64,000 nt of DNA, from contig OZ361256.1 in assembly GCA_977018835.1 (NCBI GenBank), forward strand, positions 5,642,001 through 5,706,000, written 5' to 3'. Under the pieces are notes generated by a model. The model had not been told where the DNA came from and did no database searches. It saw only the letters and a list, made by a program, of their open reading frames with translations. Source of the stretch: Minutocellus sp. GHC0000111 (lineage: Eukaryota). The position numbers and the translations under genes are program-made. Shown piece after piece: positions 12,225-24,943 of this stretch (its first letter is position 1; each line of letters begins with the position of its first letter).

Positions 12225-13142
12225 ATGACCGCCGCTTTAGGCTCGAACGCGGTTGCCCATTATGACGCTCAACACCTCTGCACAGCGGGCAGCTTTTCTT
12301 CTGCGACCATTTACTATCCCACGACCGGCATGTCTTCGCTGCTGCCCTCTGTTGTGCTGGTCGGGGGCTGGCTGTGCGGGGAGCAAGTTCTGGCTGCCTG
12401 GGCACCCTTCTTCGCCTCGCACGGAATCGTAGCGATGACGATCGGCACGCCCTCTCCGCACAGAGATATGCCCCCCGAGCGAAGTCGGGCACTGCTAGAC
12501 GGAAGCAAAGCGCTGCAGCAAGAAAACTCTCGCAAAGAATCAAAGCTATTTGGTCGCCTCGACGTATTTCGCCGCGCAGTGATGGGCTATTCTCTGGGCG
12601 GCGGTGGTGCCCAGCTCGCCGCCCTGGCTGATCCGACGCTCAAATGTGCCATCGCTCTGGCCCCGCATTCGGGCGATACTGCCTCGTTCCCTGTGAATCT
12701 CACACCTTCGGTGCCGATGCTTTTCATCGTTGGTGACGCCGACAAAGATGCTTCCGCTCGTGATTTCTCGTGGCCGCACTACAACGCGACGGGTGCACCT
12801 AAGCTCTTCTTTGAAGTCACTGGTGGGGACCACTTTGTTGTGACTTGCCCGTCTGGCGGAAATGGAAAAGACTTCGAGAAGGACCGGGAGCTCGAATTCT
12901 TCTGCAACTGGATGTGCGCGATGTGCTGCGGATGCGCACCCTGCTCGTCTGGGTTTGGAACGGGACCCAGCGGTCTCGCTCAGGACAATGCACCGCGTGG
13001 TGCCATCGGCGGGGTCGCCCTTGCATGGCTGCAGCTCTTCCTCCAGGACGACGAAAGCGCTCGCTCACAGCTGCTCCATCGGCCGGGGATTGCGAGCCGC
13101 TTTGAAAGTAATGGCATTCATTCAGAGGAAATGAGGAGATAA
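12225..13142 (+). CDS. Alpha/beta hydrolase of the bacterial cutinase/polyesterase (PETase-like) fold
   Basis: ATIYYPT, FASHGIVAMTI, RLD..RRAVMGYSLGGGG (Ser at 12591), LKCAIALAP, GDADKDA (Asp), GGDHF (His). Intact and intronless, 305 aa. Confidence 0.85.
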   Translation: MTAALGSNAVAHYDAQHLCTAGSFSSATIYYPTTGMSSLLPSVVLVGGWLCGEQVLAAWAPFFASHGIVAMTIGTPSPHRDMPPERSRALLDGSKALQQENSRKESKLFGRLDVFRRAVMGYSLGGGGAQLAALADPTLKCAIALAPHSGDTASFPVNLTPSVPMLFIVGDADKDASARDFSWPHYNATGAPKLFFEVTGGDHFVVTCPSGGNGKDFEKDRELEFFCNWMCAMCCGCAPCSSGFGTGPSGLAQDNAPRGAIGGVALAWLQLFLQDDESARSQLLHRPGIASRFESNGIHSEEMRR

Positions 13143-13601
13143 TAATAATAAGGGATGAAAAGATGACATGAGTAGATAGTTTGCAGGTTGGATTGTTGAT
13201 GATGATACACAGAGAAAATCCGCTCCTGAATATTTTTATCATTAGACGTCATTACATGTATTACAAATCTCATGGATACTGAAATACTCTGAAGCCTGTG
13301 GATCTCCCTCTTTACATGTATATGTACTTTTCCAATAGGAGGGTATTGCATACCGGTACATGTACATGTAAGAGAGTGTCCAAAGTTACGTAGATCTAGT
13401 AGCAGATGTCAGCCCGTCAACGCGCTCCAATTTGAGTCAAGTCGTGGTTTTCGAGTGGGAGCCTGGCAGGCAATTCCCGTTGATGAGAGATCGAATGCGA
13501 AGGAAGGGAAAAATTGAACCCGCCAGCCTGCCATGGCGGGAAAGTTGATCTACTCTCGGTATATCTAAGAGGAACACATACCGACTGCACATACAAACAA
13601 A

Positions 13602-15582
13602 ATGGATACCGTCGAAGTGGCGCTGGGATCTTCACCCAGCGTGCAGGGTGCTCAGGGCGTCTCAGACTCATCTGCCGACCAAGAGGCACGACAACACGGT
13701 GCCGGTGGCCACGGTGCCAGTTACCTGTACTCCTCCTCCGAGGTACTCGCTGTCCAATCTCAGTCTACCTCCAATATTCGCAAACGAAGATCACCGCGAA
13801 TGCGTTGTTTGGTTGGTGGAATCGCTCTGGCGGTGGTGGTCCTGGCGGCGGCGGTGGCTGCCTCCGTCGTTATGACTTCTGGCAACAACAGTGAGAAGAA
13901 TGAGGTGCTACGTGCCGCACCAGCACCAGAACCGACAGATGACGATGCAGCGGAGAATAGCATAATAATAACCGAGAAAGAAGAGCGCCAAGACGGAGAT
14001 GATGAGAAAGTATCCGAGGAGGAGGAGGAGGGAGGAGGAAAAGCCGACTGATGATCCACAAATGCACGATGCGCATGGTGGAGACGGGAATGCAACGGCA
14101 TCATCATTATTACCATGCACGGACGACCCCGAATGGTTCAAAATTACCAAACGAGGGCAGAATCGAACCTGTGCCTTTATTGCCACCAAAGATACGTGGG
14201 ATCGTTCTAGTTTGTGCAAGAGGCTGGGACACGAGGATGATCGGCGGGGTACCGAGGCTTGTCCGAATGCCTGTCTGAGCTGTCACGGTGTTGCGTCGTC
14301 GCCTGCTATTACTGGAGGTCTCCAATTCTCGGTGGAACAGATTTCACCACCGAACAGCACCCATCACTATATGTTTGGCTACATCGGTCAGTCCCTGACC
14401 ACACCCTGGGACATTAATTATCGATACATTCTGGCACTGCAATTTGATTCGCATGAACGGTTGCCAACTGCAGAAGATGTTGCGACGGTGGTTCGAATCG
14501 ACACAGCAACAAGAGACGAAGAGGGCAATTATATCATTACATCGCTTGATACCACCCGGGCCTGGAACACGCAGCAGGGGACGATGTTCTACTGGAATCC
14601 CGAGGCACCGGCGGCGCAATTTTTTTTCAACGATCGAGATGTGGAGAGTGGCAAGATATTTACCGTACTGTTTGATACCGACAGGATGGAGAGGATACGG
14701 GAGTACAGATATGATGACACACCGATTGCCAATGCTGGAGTTTGTCCTCGGGGTGGGTTCTTTTATGCGCTGAATTATGGACGAATGGCACGGTTATGGC
14801 CTGTTACTGGATACGGAGGAGCATATGATTGGACAATGAATGAAGCCTACCCAACCAGCGACGGCTTGTGGAAGGTTGACATTGGAACAGGCGAGAAGGA
14901 GCTGTTGGTGTCATTTTCTGATATTGCAAGCATGATGATGTTGGAAAATGATGCCAATGAAAACACCATCCTTGATGGCTCCCACCTATACATCAATCAC
15001 GCCCTATCGAATCGACAATGCAGCAAGATTTACTTCTTTGGTCGAGGTGCCTATGTAGGAGCGGCCAATCCACTGGTGACCAAGCCCGAAATGGCCATCG
15101 ATAAGCCACTTATTGCAAATGCCGATGGATCGAGAATAAAGCGTGTGGCGCACATTGGTGGTCATCCAGAGTGGGCAGAAGAAGATAACATTGTGTTTGG
15201 TCGAGCCATGAATATACCATCGTTGAAGAATCAGATTGTTTTGTACAATGTCGACACGGATATGATTGTTGGTACAGTAGGTGATGGCACGAATTTTGAG
15301 AAGACCTCGGGCGACTTGTCACTCTCTACGAATGGTGAAATGTTTGCAAATGGTTGGGAAGAAGGGGAGAATCTTGTCTATGCAGCAGTGAATATGACTG
15401 ATGGATCGAACAGGCTCGCCCCTTTGATTTCTCGAGGGAGCATCCACACGAGCGGTGATTTGAGGATCGATGCCGCTCCTCGATGGAATCGACGGGGAGA
15501 TAAATTGCTGGTGCCGGGGTGGTCAAGCACCAACGACAAGCGGTCTCTCAATGTCATCAGTGTAGGGAACATTGGTGCATAG
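13602..15582 (+). pseudogene. Type II membrane protein: TM anchor, Cys module and bacterial-type beta-propeller (oligogalacturonate lyase/TolB-like); one frameshift
   Basis: TM LVGGIALAVVVLAAAVAASVVM. Six-Cys module CTDDPEW..TC..LC..ACPNACLSC. Propeller motifs HHYMFGY..PW, TRAWNTQQG, LNYGRMARL.PVTGY and RIDAAPRWNRRG. Extra G in the GAG run at ~14030. Confidence 0.7.
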
Positions 15583-15968
15583 TCTCTGAGCTTGAGAAAG
15601 TAGAGCGGGCCAAAAAGGATCTCCAGTCGAAGAGGGCTGCTCGGGAGGAGGAAGCAGCGGAAGGTCCTCGGAAGAAGAAGGCAAAGAATTAGGCTGGCGA
15701 ATAGTTGCTTGCGTCCAGAGCGATCAAGTTCGGACACATATTACATATGCATACAGTTGCATTTGGAAACGAAAATGACTGTACTAGAGTACAACGAGAT
15801 CACCTCAACCTTTCTTTGTATTTACACTAGCTCTTCTTCTTCTTCTAACATGTCCCAGGAAGAAGAAAGAGTAATTCTACAACATATACACTTCATCATT
15901 TGATATCAGTAAAGGCCCAAAGATTCAGTCCTTGGGCATTGCTCGATGCTCGATACACCACCACCACT

Positions 15969-18717
15969 CTACGTCGACTTGCGCTGCTTCTTGGCATTGA
16001 CATCTGAGGGGACGGATATACTCGCCAGGGGCATCGCCGTCTTCCTCTTTCTCTTTGAGCTCGATTTCGACGAATCAGACTTGGCAATCGACGGGGCCTT
16101 GTTGGTACTGGCCGACCGGTCCTTGCTGCTCGCCAAACTACCACCAGCACTGGCAGTAGCTCCAAACTTGTATCGGGAATCGTCCCACTTTTTCTCCTCC
16201 TTTTTGAGACGCCTGGAAGCGCCGACGGCAGGGAGAGGCTTGACCTCGACCTTTCGATGCTTCGGCGATATCTTCTCGACGAAGAGAGGGGCGTTCTGCG
16301 ATGGAAGCTGCCTCGGTCTCCGGCGAGGCTGACGATCCTGACGCTCTGTGGCAGCATCCCCAATCGTTGTCATATTGCCAGCCTCCGCAGCTATGGAGGA
16401 TGAAGTCGACCTCGTAGGTGACGACGCGACAATCGACGTGTTACTGCGAAGTGCAGTACATGTATCAGCCGTGGGTGCTGGATCCTTCTCAGCTTGCGAC
16501 AGTGACTGCGACTGCTTCCAGTTGGCATGTAGATGCGTCTCAATCGATGAGGCCGAAGCAGCTGACGAATCGCTACAGAAGGATCTCTGGCCCAGGGTGA
16601 GTCCAAAGCCGTCAGAAGATGGACGGTACTGCTCTTTAGCAGATGCAGAACGCTGACCACCCGATCCAGGATTCAGCTCGCCGATGCCACCCGTTTCCAA
16701 CAATGCAGCACCGCTGGTATCATTCACACCGCGGTCCAACAGAGGCCGCTCCAACTGCGGGTGCTGCACGCTTCCATCATCGGGCAGTGGCATTGCGTCA
16801 TCTACCGTGCCATCGTGTAGGCGAGGGCTGCTGGAATTTGGCATTACTTCCCCAAGACCACTCGTAACGGGCTGCTCTTTGACCGGGGTCTTCACAGGGG
16901 TGGAGAGTGCACCGACCAGATCAATGGTAGTCATCTTGCGTCTCACGTCAGGGGGAGGAACCATGCCATCACTGTCTTCCCCCTCTTCTTCTCGTTCATC
17001 CTCACCTGCCTGGGAGGTGGTGGCATCTGCAGCATCGCCAATCAGCATACCGCCCTCCACTCCCCCCTCCAATTCCATCGCGGCCGTCTCCTCCATCGTC
17101 TCGGTACCAGCCACGTTGTCATTGTGATGGGCGTACGTGTAATGGATGTGCTCCTCCTCCATTATCTCCTGCTGCTGATGAGATAATATTCGAACTCATC
17201 GACGTCGGCTGGGTAAAAGTGCAGAAAGCACCACGCCATCACAACACCAACCGCCACCGCCGCCGCTGCCGTGATCATCATCGACCCCCAGGACGATTTT
17301 GAATTTGGCGTCTCAGACCATCACCGATGCGTACAGGCTGGGCCGACGCGGTTCCGTTGAGATTCACGCTAATCACGGGATTGAGCAGACCATCCTCCGT
17401 CAGGGGGACCGGTACGGGACGGGCCATGACCACTCGTCGATCAATCGCATCATCCTTGGCGGAAGGGATCAGCTCTACCAATGAGGCACGGAGGACCAAC
17501 TCCCGAATATGATCGATGGGTTCATGGCTACTGTCAGCTTCGTTCCCACCCATCACACGACGGTGCAGTGCTTCCATCGGGATGAGGAAGGAGGTCGAGG
17601 CAGATGCCGCTGACCCAGAGCTGCCACCCGTCGGCCACAACAACTGCCGCTCCATCCGATCCAGCTGGCTGCCACCCTGACGGTGGGTGAACACCACCTC
17701 CTCGAGGGTGACGGCCCATCCACTTCCACTGCCGTTGCTCCTGCTGCTGCTGCCGCCGCTACTGCTGTGGTCACCACTCCAAGTGGCACCACGAGCCGAT
17801 CTACCGCCAATCGTATTACCATCAACACCACCGCCCGCACCGTTCTTGATTGCGACGCCAAACATATGGGCAGAGGCAGGTGCAGAGATGTCGCAATCCA
17901 CATTGCGCTTCCACGGATCGACGATTGCAACGTCCACCTCGACGAGGAGGTGCTGGTTGAATTCGACGGGCGCCGAATCATAGCCGGTACCGCCGTTGCC
18001 GCCGCTGCCACCACCACTGATGGATGGGTCGGATATGGTCGAGGTAGCTACATATTCCATATCATCCCGTGCGTCGTCCGCGTAGACCAACTCGATACTA
18101 CTGCTACTGCTGCTCTCGATGATATCGGCAGGAGCATCAGCGTCACCTCCTGCTACATCTTGGACGACATCGTCAGTTCTTCCTCCTCCATCACCCTTCA
18201 CCTCCTCCATCTTCTCTAGATTGGCCTGACACACTCCCCGTCCATCATCCATCTCCATCCACGTAGGATGAAGATGATCCGGCGCCACGCACATTCCCTC
18301 ATCATCGTCATTACGGATAATGACAACGTCGATGACGTTGGCAGACGACTCTTTGTCGTTAGTATCACCCCGAGCTGCGCATGCAGAGAGGAACCAGAAG
18401 GATGGGCCGCCGCGGTTGCCGAACCAACCCACACGTCCGACGCCATTGCTCCCGCCATGGGCAGAGCTTCCGAGTGCCCCCTCGCCGCCGGAAGGGACGA
18501 TGCTGCCGCCCGACCCCTCTGCGTCCAACAGAACAATCGAGGCATCGTCACCGCCGTCCGACGCTGACGAGTAGATGGGACCAAGTCCGACGCGGTCGGT
18601 CCACCACCGGCCGTCCGTGCCGTCCAACGTCGGAGCCGATTCCAACGCCGATGCCGAAGAGGTGGTCAGCGGCAGCACCCGCAAAAGCAAAAGTAGGACA
18701 AATGCGATGGGAACCAT
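15969..18717 (-). pseudogene. Hypothetical type I membrane protein (signal peptide, luminal domain, TM, disordered tail), probably with two frameshifts
   Basis: Signal MVPIAFVLLLLLRVLPLTTSSASA. A third frame between the two long ORFs encodes the TM-like MMITAAAAVAVGVVMAWCFLHFY. The joined model is inferred; these could be two separate genes. Confidence 0.45.
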
Positions 18718-19346
18718 CGTACCGCTGGACCAAACCGAACCGAAGTGTATGCTGATGCTGCCGTCCAATCTCAAACTAAACTAACTTGTTGGCCCCGGCG
18801 CTGCAACCCCCGACCCAAGTCGATTATGCTCGGAACAGAAGGATGAGAATTCTTTCCGGTCTCGGAGGGAGCGGAGCGGAGCAAAAGAATTTTCGGCCAG
18901 CCAGCGGTCCAATTGCGTTCGGCCGTGGAATTTTTTTGCCGGAGAGGAGCCCAAGCACAAACGAAACGACGAAGGGCAATATCCCAGCCTTTCACGGATA
19001 GCCCTGCCTCAGATGTCGCCCGTCGAGTGGCGACAAAGCAACAGTCAAGGCAAGTCCGAGCCGCAAAGCAAAAAGTGATGGCAAACTCCCTCCGAGAAAG
19101 TGCCGTTGCATCCTCGAGCTGATGCATGCGACAGGAGGGAATTCGGGGTGTTTTGAGAACCCGGAAAGATCGAGCGATGCGAGCAGGCGGACAGCAGATC
19201 AGCAGACCATCACAAAAATGAGGTGGCGGCTGGATTTGCCGCCGGCGCATAAAAGGCCCCTCGCCCACCTGTCAGGGTTGCCGCCACCAAGCACGTCGCA
19301 TCTCTACCGACCATTCACAATGCTTTGCAAAGCTAGATCTACCAAT

Positions 19347-22300
19347 ATGAGCGTCCATCGTATCGCCGTCGTTGCAGCGCTCGGCCTGCTGCTGTCCCTG
19401 GCGAGCACATCGGCCGCAGCGTCTTCGACGGCGGCGGCAGGAGGACCGTCGTCGGCGGACGTCACCGTCGACCGGCAAGCAGCATCCGACGTGCCATCGC
19501 CGTCGCTGGCGGTGGTGACCTCCCGCCTCCATCCGCTGACTCTGGTCCAAACCATCGACGCGCTCCGGGATGGTCGACGGAACAGAAAGAAGCAGCAGAC
19601 CAAGAAGAGGATCCTGGCACAAGCGATGGGTACAACTGATGATGCCGCTGACGACGATATTGGCAATGGAAGCAGAGCGTCAACTCTTCCTCAGTCGCCT
19701 CCTCATCTGCGTCGTATCCAGGACGAGGATACCGAGGAAGCAGCAGCTGCCCCCGGCACCGACACCACTACTACCTGCGAGGACACCCTGGCGAGGTAAT
19801 TTGCCGCACAGAAGCAAGGCACCTAGCACAGATCATTCTGTACTAGTAGATCAGTCTTGAAATCAAGGGCATCGTCACTGGATTTACTTCCACCAAGAAA
19901 AGTATGGTGGGCACCAATCCAACCCCCCCTGCCGAGGCTGTCGTCTTCGCAGCTGCCGACGACGGCAATGCATGGGGCAATGAAACCAGCTGGCAGAATG
20001 AATCCGAAAGTGACGGTTTTCCCAACTATGTGCCAACCAGCATCGATCCAGGATATTGGATTTTCGTATTTGTTGCGGTGTACAGTGCCTTATTGCTAAT
20101 TGGCCTGCCCATTGCTGTAGCCCTGTCGAAAAGATGGGAGCAAAGGGAGACCGCAGGAACAACGGAGTCGTTGAACATGACGCCGGAAAAGAATGTGGCC
20201 AAGACCCACTCGAACGGTGTCTTCGACGACGAGGAGGCTGGACTAGGCGACGGTGCCACCATCGATTCCACCCACTGCCCTAGCCCTGACCGTCGTACTT
20301 CCCTGGCAATGAGCTCTTTTGCCACCCGGTCCGAGGAAAGTAGAGCGCCAATCATCAAAGACGATCGAAATGCCACGTCAAGTGGGTCAACTATCATCAT
20401 CGATCGCCACCAAGTCGACTTCTGCCGCTCCATCAGCTTTGACAGTAGCTTCGACGTTCCCACAACGGAGGCTGATCAAACGCAAACCCACGCCAGCCGT
20501 GCCGGATCGATCGCGACTGGAGGCTGGGCGAATACTGCTGATCAGATGGCCGTTTTGGGCACCTCCGGAACAACTTATGCCACCGAGGACGATGTGCTCC
20601 ACCACGCCGACGGTGGCGTACATGTTCATGTAGGCGCATCGGCTTCTATTAAGGACATCGATACAACGGCCATGCCATCATTCTCAGAGTCATCAGATGC
20701 TGATGAATCTCAAGAGGCCGACAGGTGCGCCAACGGTAAGGAAGAGAATACCACCGCAGTAATCTCTGGTTCTTGGGCCCCGTGGAAACCCAAGACCTCG
20801 GCGGTCAACAAGTTTTTATCCTTCGCAAAGCCGGACAAAGAGGCCAAGAGAATCCTTAGACTAGCCTTGCCCTTTACGCTACCGACAGTTGGTGAAGCGC
20901 TCTTTGACGCTGCCACAGTCGCTGTGCTATCGCATTTCCTCGGTACCAACGCGGTCACCGCCTACGTCCTTGTTGATCTCTTCCTTGGCCTTACCGACGA
21001 ATTCATTGGTGGCTTCATCCAGGCCGAGGGCACCATCTGTGCTCACGCCTATGGTGCTGGAAACAACTTCCTTGCAGGCCAATACGTCCAGATCTCAATG
21101 CTTCTCTACATTGCGAATAGCATCCCCTTCCTTCTGATGTGGGCGTACGCAATGGGAGACGCTCTTCGCGCCCTCGGTGTCAATGAAGATGTACAGGCGA
21201 TTGGTGTAGAGTACACCAAGGTGGCCATCTTCAGCTACCTCATCGATGGCATCACTTCAGGATTCGGCACATTATTAGATATCACCGGCCACGAATATTT
21301 TGGCCTACTCTTCGACTTGATCCATAATTTGATCCATTTTTCCGCTGTCGTGTGCCTTGTGATGCTTGTACCAGATGCTCAATTGGTCCATGTTGCTACC
21401 ATAGAAGTTGCCCTTCAGGCGGTATTCCTGGTTGGACTGCTAGCTTGGAGCATCTTCAAGGGGTGGTACTCCGACTTCTGGGGCGGAATGTTGAGAAGCT
21501 TTGCCATTTGCAATCGCCATGCCGTCAAGAATGTCGTCTTTACTGCCATTCCTTTGTCGATTGGGTCGTTCCTTGAATACGGTGAATGGGAGTTGCTTAC
21601 CTTCTTTTCAGCCTTTCTCGGCCCGGCCGAAGTTGCAACTTGGGCTCTCCTTGGAAGTATTTGGGAGCTCCTTGAAGCTTCTACAGAAGGCCTTGCCGAA
21701 GCCGCTGCTGTTCGAGTAGCTTTCCATCTCGGCAAAGGACACCCCGCTTTGGCAAAGTTGTCTTCATACAAATCAATGCTACTATCATTTGTCCTGTCCC
21801 TATTCGTAACTACTATCTTCTTCATTTGTGGGAACTATTTGCCAATTTGGTTATCTTCTGACAAAACCATTCAGCACATGCTTTCCGAAATTATCCCTTT
21901 GGTTGGATTTGGTAATATAACAATGGCCGTCGGTATGGTGTCATGGGAACTCGTGGGAGCTCAGGGCAGGCACCGACTTGCAACTTTTGCGAGTGCTATT
22001 TGTAGCTGGTTCGTTACGATTCCTTTATCCGCCGCCTTCGTCCTTGCGCTCAACATCAACCTCAAGGGATTGGTTGGAGCAGTCATTGTAGGAAATATCA
22101 CGTCGGGCTTCATCCTCATGTGTATTATCCTCAGAAGCGATTGGAAGGGGCTAAGCGAGAAGATTCAAGAGCTGAATGCCATGACTGGTGAGATATCGAT
22201 TCGTCCGACGACGAAGATGATTACTCATCCGAATCTTCGGAAAGTTCGGCATCAGACAACAATAGTAGCCTGGACGAAAGCGTAGAAGAAGACGATGATG

Positions 22301-22404
22301 ACCTTGAAAGGTGCGATGGGATGGACGACGACGATGGCGACGACGACCCAAATGCGTGGTCTTGGTGGTGGTGGTGGTCATGGCATCGAAGTGGTCATTA
22401 CTAG
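19347..22404 (+). CDS. MATE-family transporter with long N-terminal extension; frameshift in the acidic C-terminal tail
   Basis: MATE core (RILRLALP, HAYGAGN, EYGEWELLTF, RVAFHLGKGHP..AK, GAQGR, DW). Signal peptide at 19347. Probable intron from GT 19796 (acceptor uncertain: 19854 or 19902). The acidic tail DSSDDEDD lies in another frame from ~22197. Confidence 0.8.
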
Positions 22405-22460
22405 TAGAATTCTGTGTTCTCAGTTTACTAGTATCACATCACATTGCAATATCAATCAGC

Positions 22461-22581
22461 AGGAGAGTCCCCGAAGAAGCGTCCAGAACACACATACTTC
22501 AAAACGAAGGAGAGTCCCCGAACACACATTTATACTTCATAACGAAGGAGAGTCCCCGAACACACATTTATACTTCATAAC
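22461..22581. repeat. 38-bp tandem repeat, two exact copies plus one degenerate copy
   Basis: AACGAAGGAGAGTCCCCGAACACACATTTATACTTCAT at 22503-22540 and 22541-22578, with a degenerate copy at 22461-22502. Confidence 0.9.
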
Positions 22582-22704
22582 AAAATTGTTCATGATATAT
22601 AAATTTAGTTCTCTACCTCAAACTAAATTAGTTTACATGTATATCATTTGGAATTCGAAATAGGCTTAGCCATTATTAGAGTACTAGTATATACTGTGCT
22701 CTAT

Positions 22705-24943
22705 CTATGTTTCTAGCTTAAGCAATGGCAGTGAATTCTCAATGGGACATGCCTTTCGACGAACAATCAAGGCGGCACCACCATCAGCAGATGATGCACC
22801 AATACCGTTTCGCAAACGCCTGGCGTGCTGCATCATGGAACCTCCGAGGATTTCCAAGGATTGCATTTCCCCAAGTCGAACATTTGTAGCGTGCCACTCC
22901 TTGCTGCCATACTGAATGGCTGCACTGGCTTCTCCAGAAGCAGCTCTAGAGGATTTCGACAGCGCGTCCAAATCTTTTGTGACCGATGAAGGGTAACGCC
23001 GAAGCATAATATCAACCAGCCTACCGATGCACGATGCTGCCCTGTATTCCAATGCGTCACTTTGCTTCTCCACTACCTCGTCCCTTGGTTAGCGCATCAG
23101 CAAGGATACTCTTTGCCTGGCCCTCATAGTCCTCATCAGTGAGTGTTATCAGTCGACATGTTGCTACCAATTTGCTTACATCAAAACGCATCTTTCGCAT
23201 ATCAAACACCGGCGGTGAAGTGGGCGAATTCTGAAAAGCCGAAGAAAATCCAGGGCCTTGATTCCGTCCGCGTCTTGGACTCACTTGCATCACCCACCGA
23301 TCCCTTTGGTTGGCAATCTTTTGAAGCATTTTGTATTTGAGTTGCTTCAATGCCCAACCATCAGGATTATTTGACCCGTCACCGGGTCGAATGCACTCCT
23401 CGTAGCCATCGTCAAAGGTTAGATAATGCAGCAGCTCCTTGTTTTGATCGCCAAGTGCATCATCTGCAGAATCTTGGTCCAACCAGGACAAATATGAGAA
23501 TTGCTGCAAAAGGCCTACATCTAGGAGTCTATGGTGGGCATTGATGTACGCTTCCGTGTGCGATGTCCCATCCCCGTTGACGTAGCCAAATTTGGCAAAC
23601 AAGAAGGCATCACTGTATTTGCTGTAGCTGACCATCACATCGTGATATGCTGGAATTCCACCCCAACGATCGGAGGCCCATACCACAAAGGCTCGATTTT
23701 CCGCATCGTAATTCCACTCTGCGTTGGGATGAGGGTGCGAGTCCCACGTATCGAGTATAGGACTCATGGCGCGACAACCCAAAGTCAGGTCGATCCCTGC
23801 CTTTTCCTTGTAGATGGAAAGCTCCGAATCCAACGATCCAAATCGACCCACATCCTCCTCGGAAATAGTGGGCGGACCAGGACCAAACGATCGGCTCATC
23901 ACATTGATTCTTGCCGCAAAATAATCCTCCTTGGACACATTGCTTGCAAATTCCATTGACGCAGAACACAGGGCATCGTGTTCAGAATCCATCATGTCAC
24001 GGAATGCCTGGAGGAGGACAGCGGAGGGGGTAAACCGGCCCAATTGCTTCAACAGGTCAGTATCCGACCACAATGTTGGATGGGATTGGGACAGATCGTC
24101 GTATGCTGGTAATATTTGTAGATAGGGCAACAAAGGATCGTCCACTGCCTGACCTTCAACAGCCGTAAGTCCCTTCCATTCCCCTTCTGCCATTCGCAGT
24201 CTCCTCATCAGATGTGCCGCCAGATACGCACCACTATCCAACGGATTGCCGGTATCCCCATGCCTGGCCTGCAGCAACTCTCTCCTCACAAACTCATCCC
24301 TCATGGCATCCAGATCCCATATCTGCAATTCCCGAGGCAGTTTGAGGATAACGGTGCCGGACGAGATGCCAGAATCGGAGGTACGATGAGTCCGCCGGCT
24401 CGGTACGGGTTGGAGGTTGGGGTGGCAGTACCCCCTGGAGTGACTGCACACGTAAGTGGACAGGTAGGTGCGGATGTTTCGAAGGGTGGGGTCGGTGCGA
24501 TTCCATGATTCGTCTTGGCGTACAAGGGCGGCAAGCTGTGGGTTATTGCTATTGAGCAGTGCCGACGGTGCAGAAGAGGTCGACGAGGCGAAGTTTGGAC
24601 TGCCGGTCGATGGCGATGATGCTGCAGAGTCACGTGCTGTACCGGTAGTGTAGTGCCGGGCGCCGATCCCGGCCGAAATCAAGGCAACCAGCAGGGCGCC
24701 GCCAATTTGTTTTATGGTGCTGCCGCCCTGATTACGGCCATCTGAGCAGCTTCCCCTGCCGCCGTTAGATGGAGCTTTGCTGGAACCGTACCATCGTTTG
24801 CGGCCGGTCGATGCGCCCTCAAGCGTTCTACCTGAAGTACTGCTCGTAGATGCCCCCTTAGTATTCGGCGCTGCCGACGCTGCACTGGGTTTGGTCCTGG
24901 CGCCGCCGCTGCCGCCGCCGCCGCTGCTTCCCTTCTTGGCCAT
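22705..24943 (-). pseudogene. Membrane-anchored SET-domain (Rubisco-LSMT-like) lysine methyltransferase; frameshift near the C-terminus
   Basis: TM IGGALLVALISAGIGA. Motifs ILKLPRELQI, PYLQILP..HPTLW, VMSRSF, MSPILD..SHPHPN and VMVSYSKYSDAFLFAKFGYV. Frame change ~23080 into the 22705-23073 ORF. Confidence 0.75.

Noticed and set aside
22461..22581. CRISPR-like array
   Set aside because: The units are contiguous with no unique spacers, there are no cas genes, and the context is eukaryotic.
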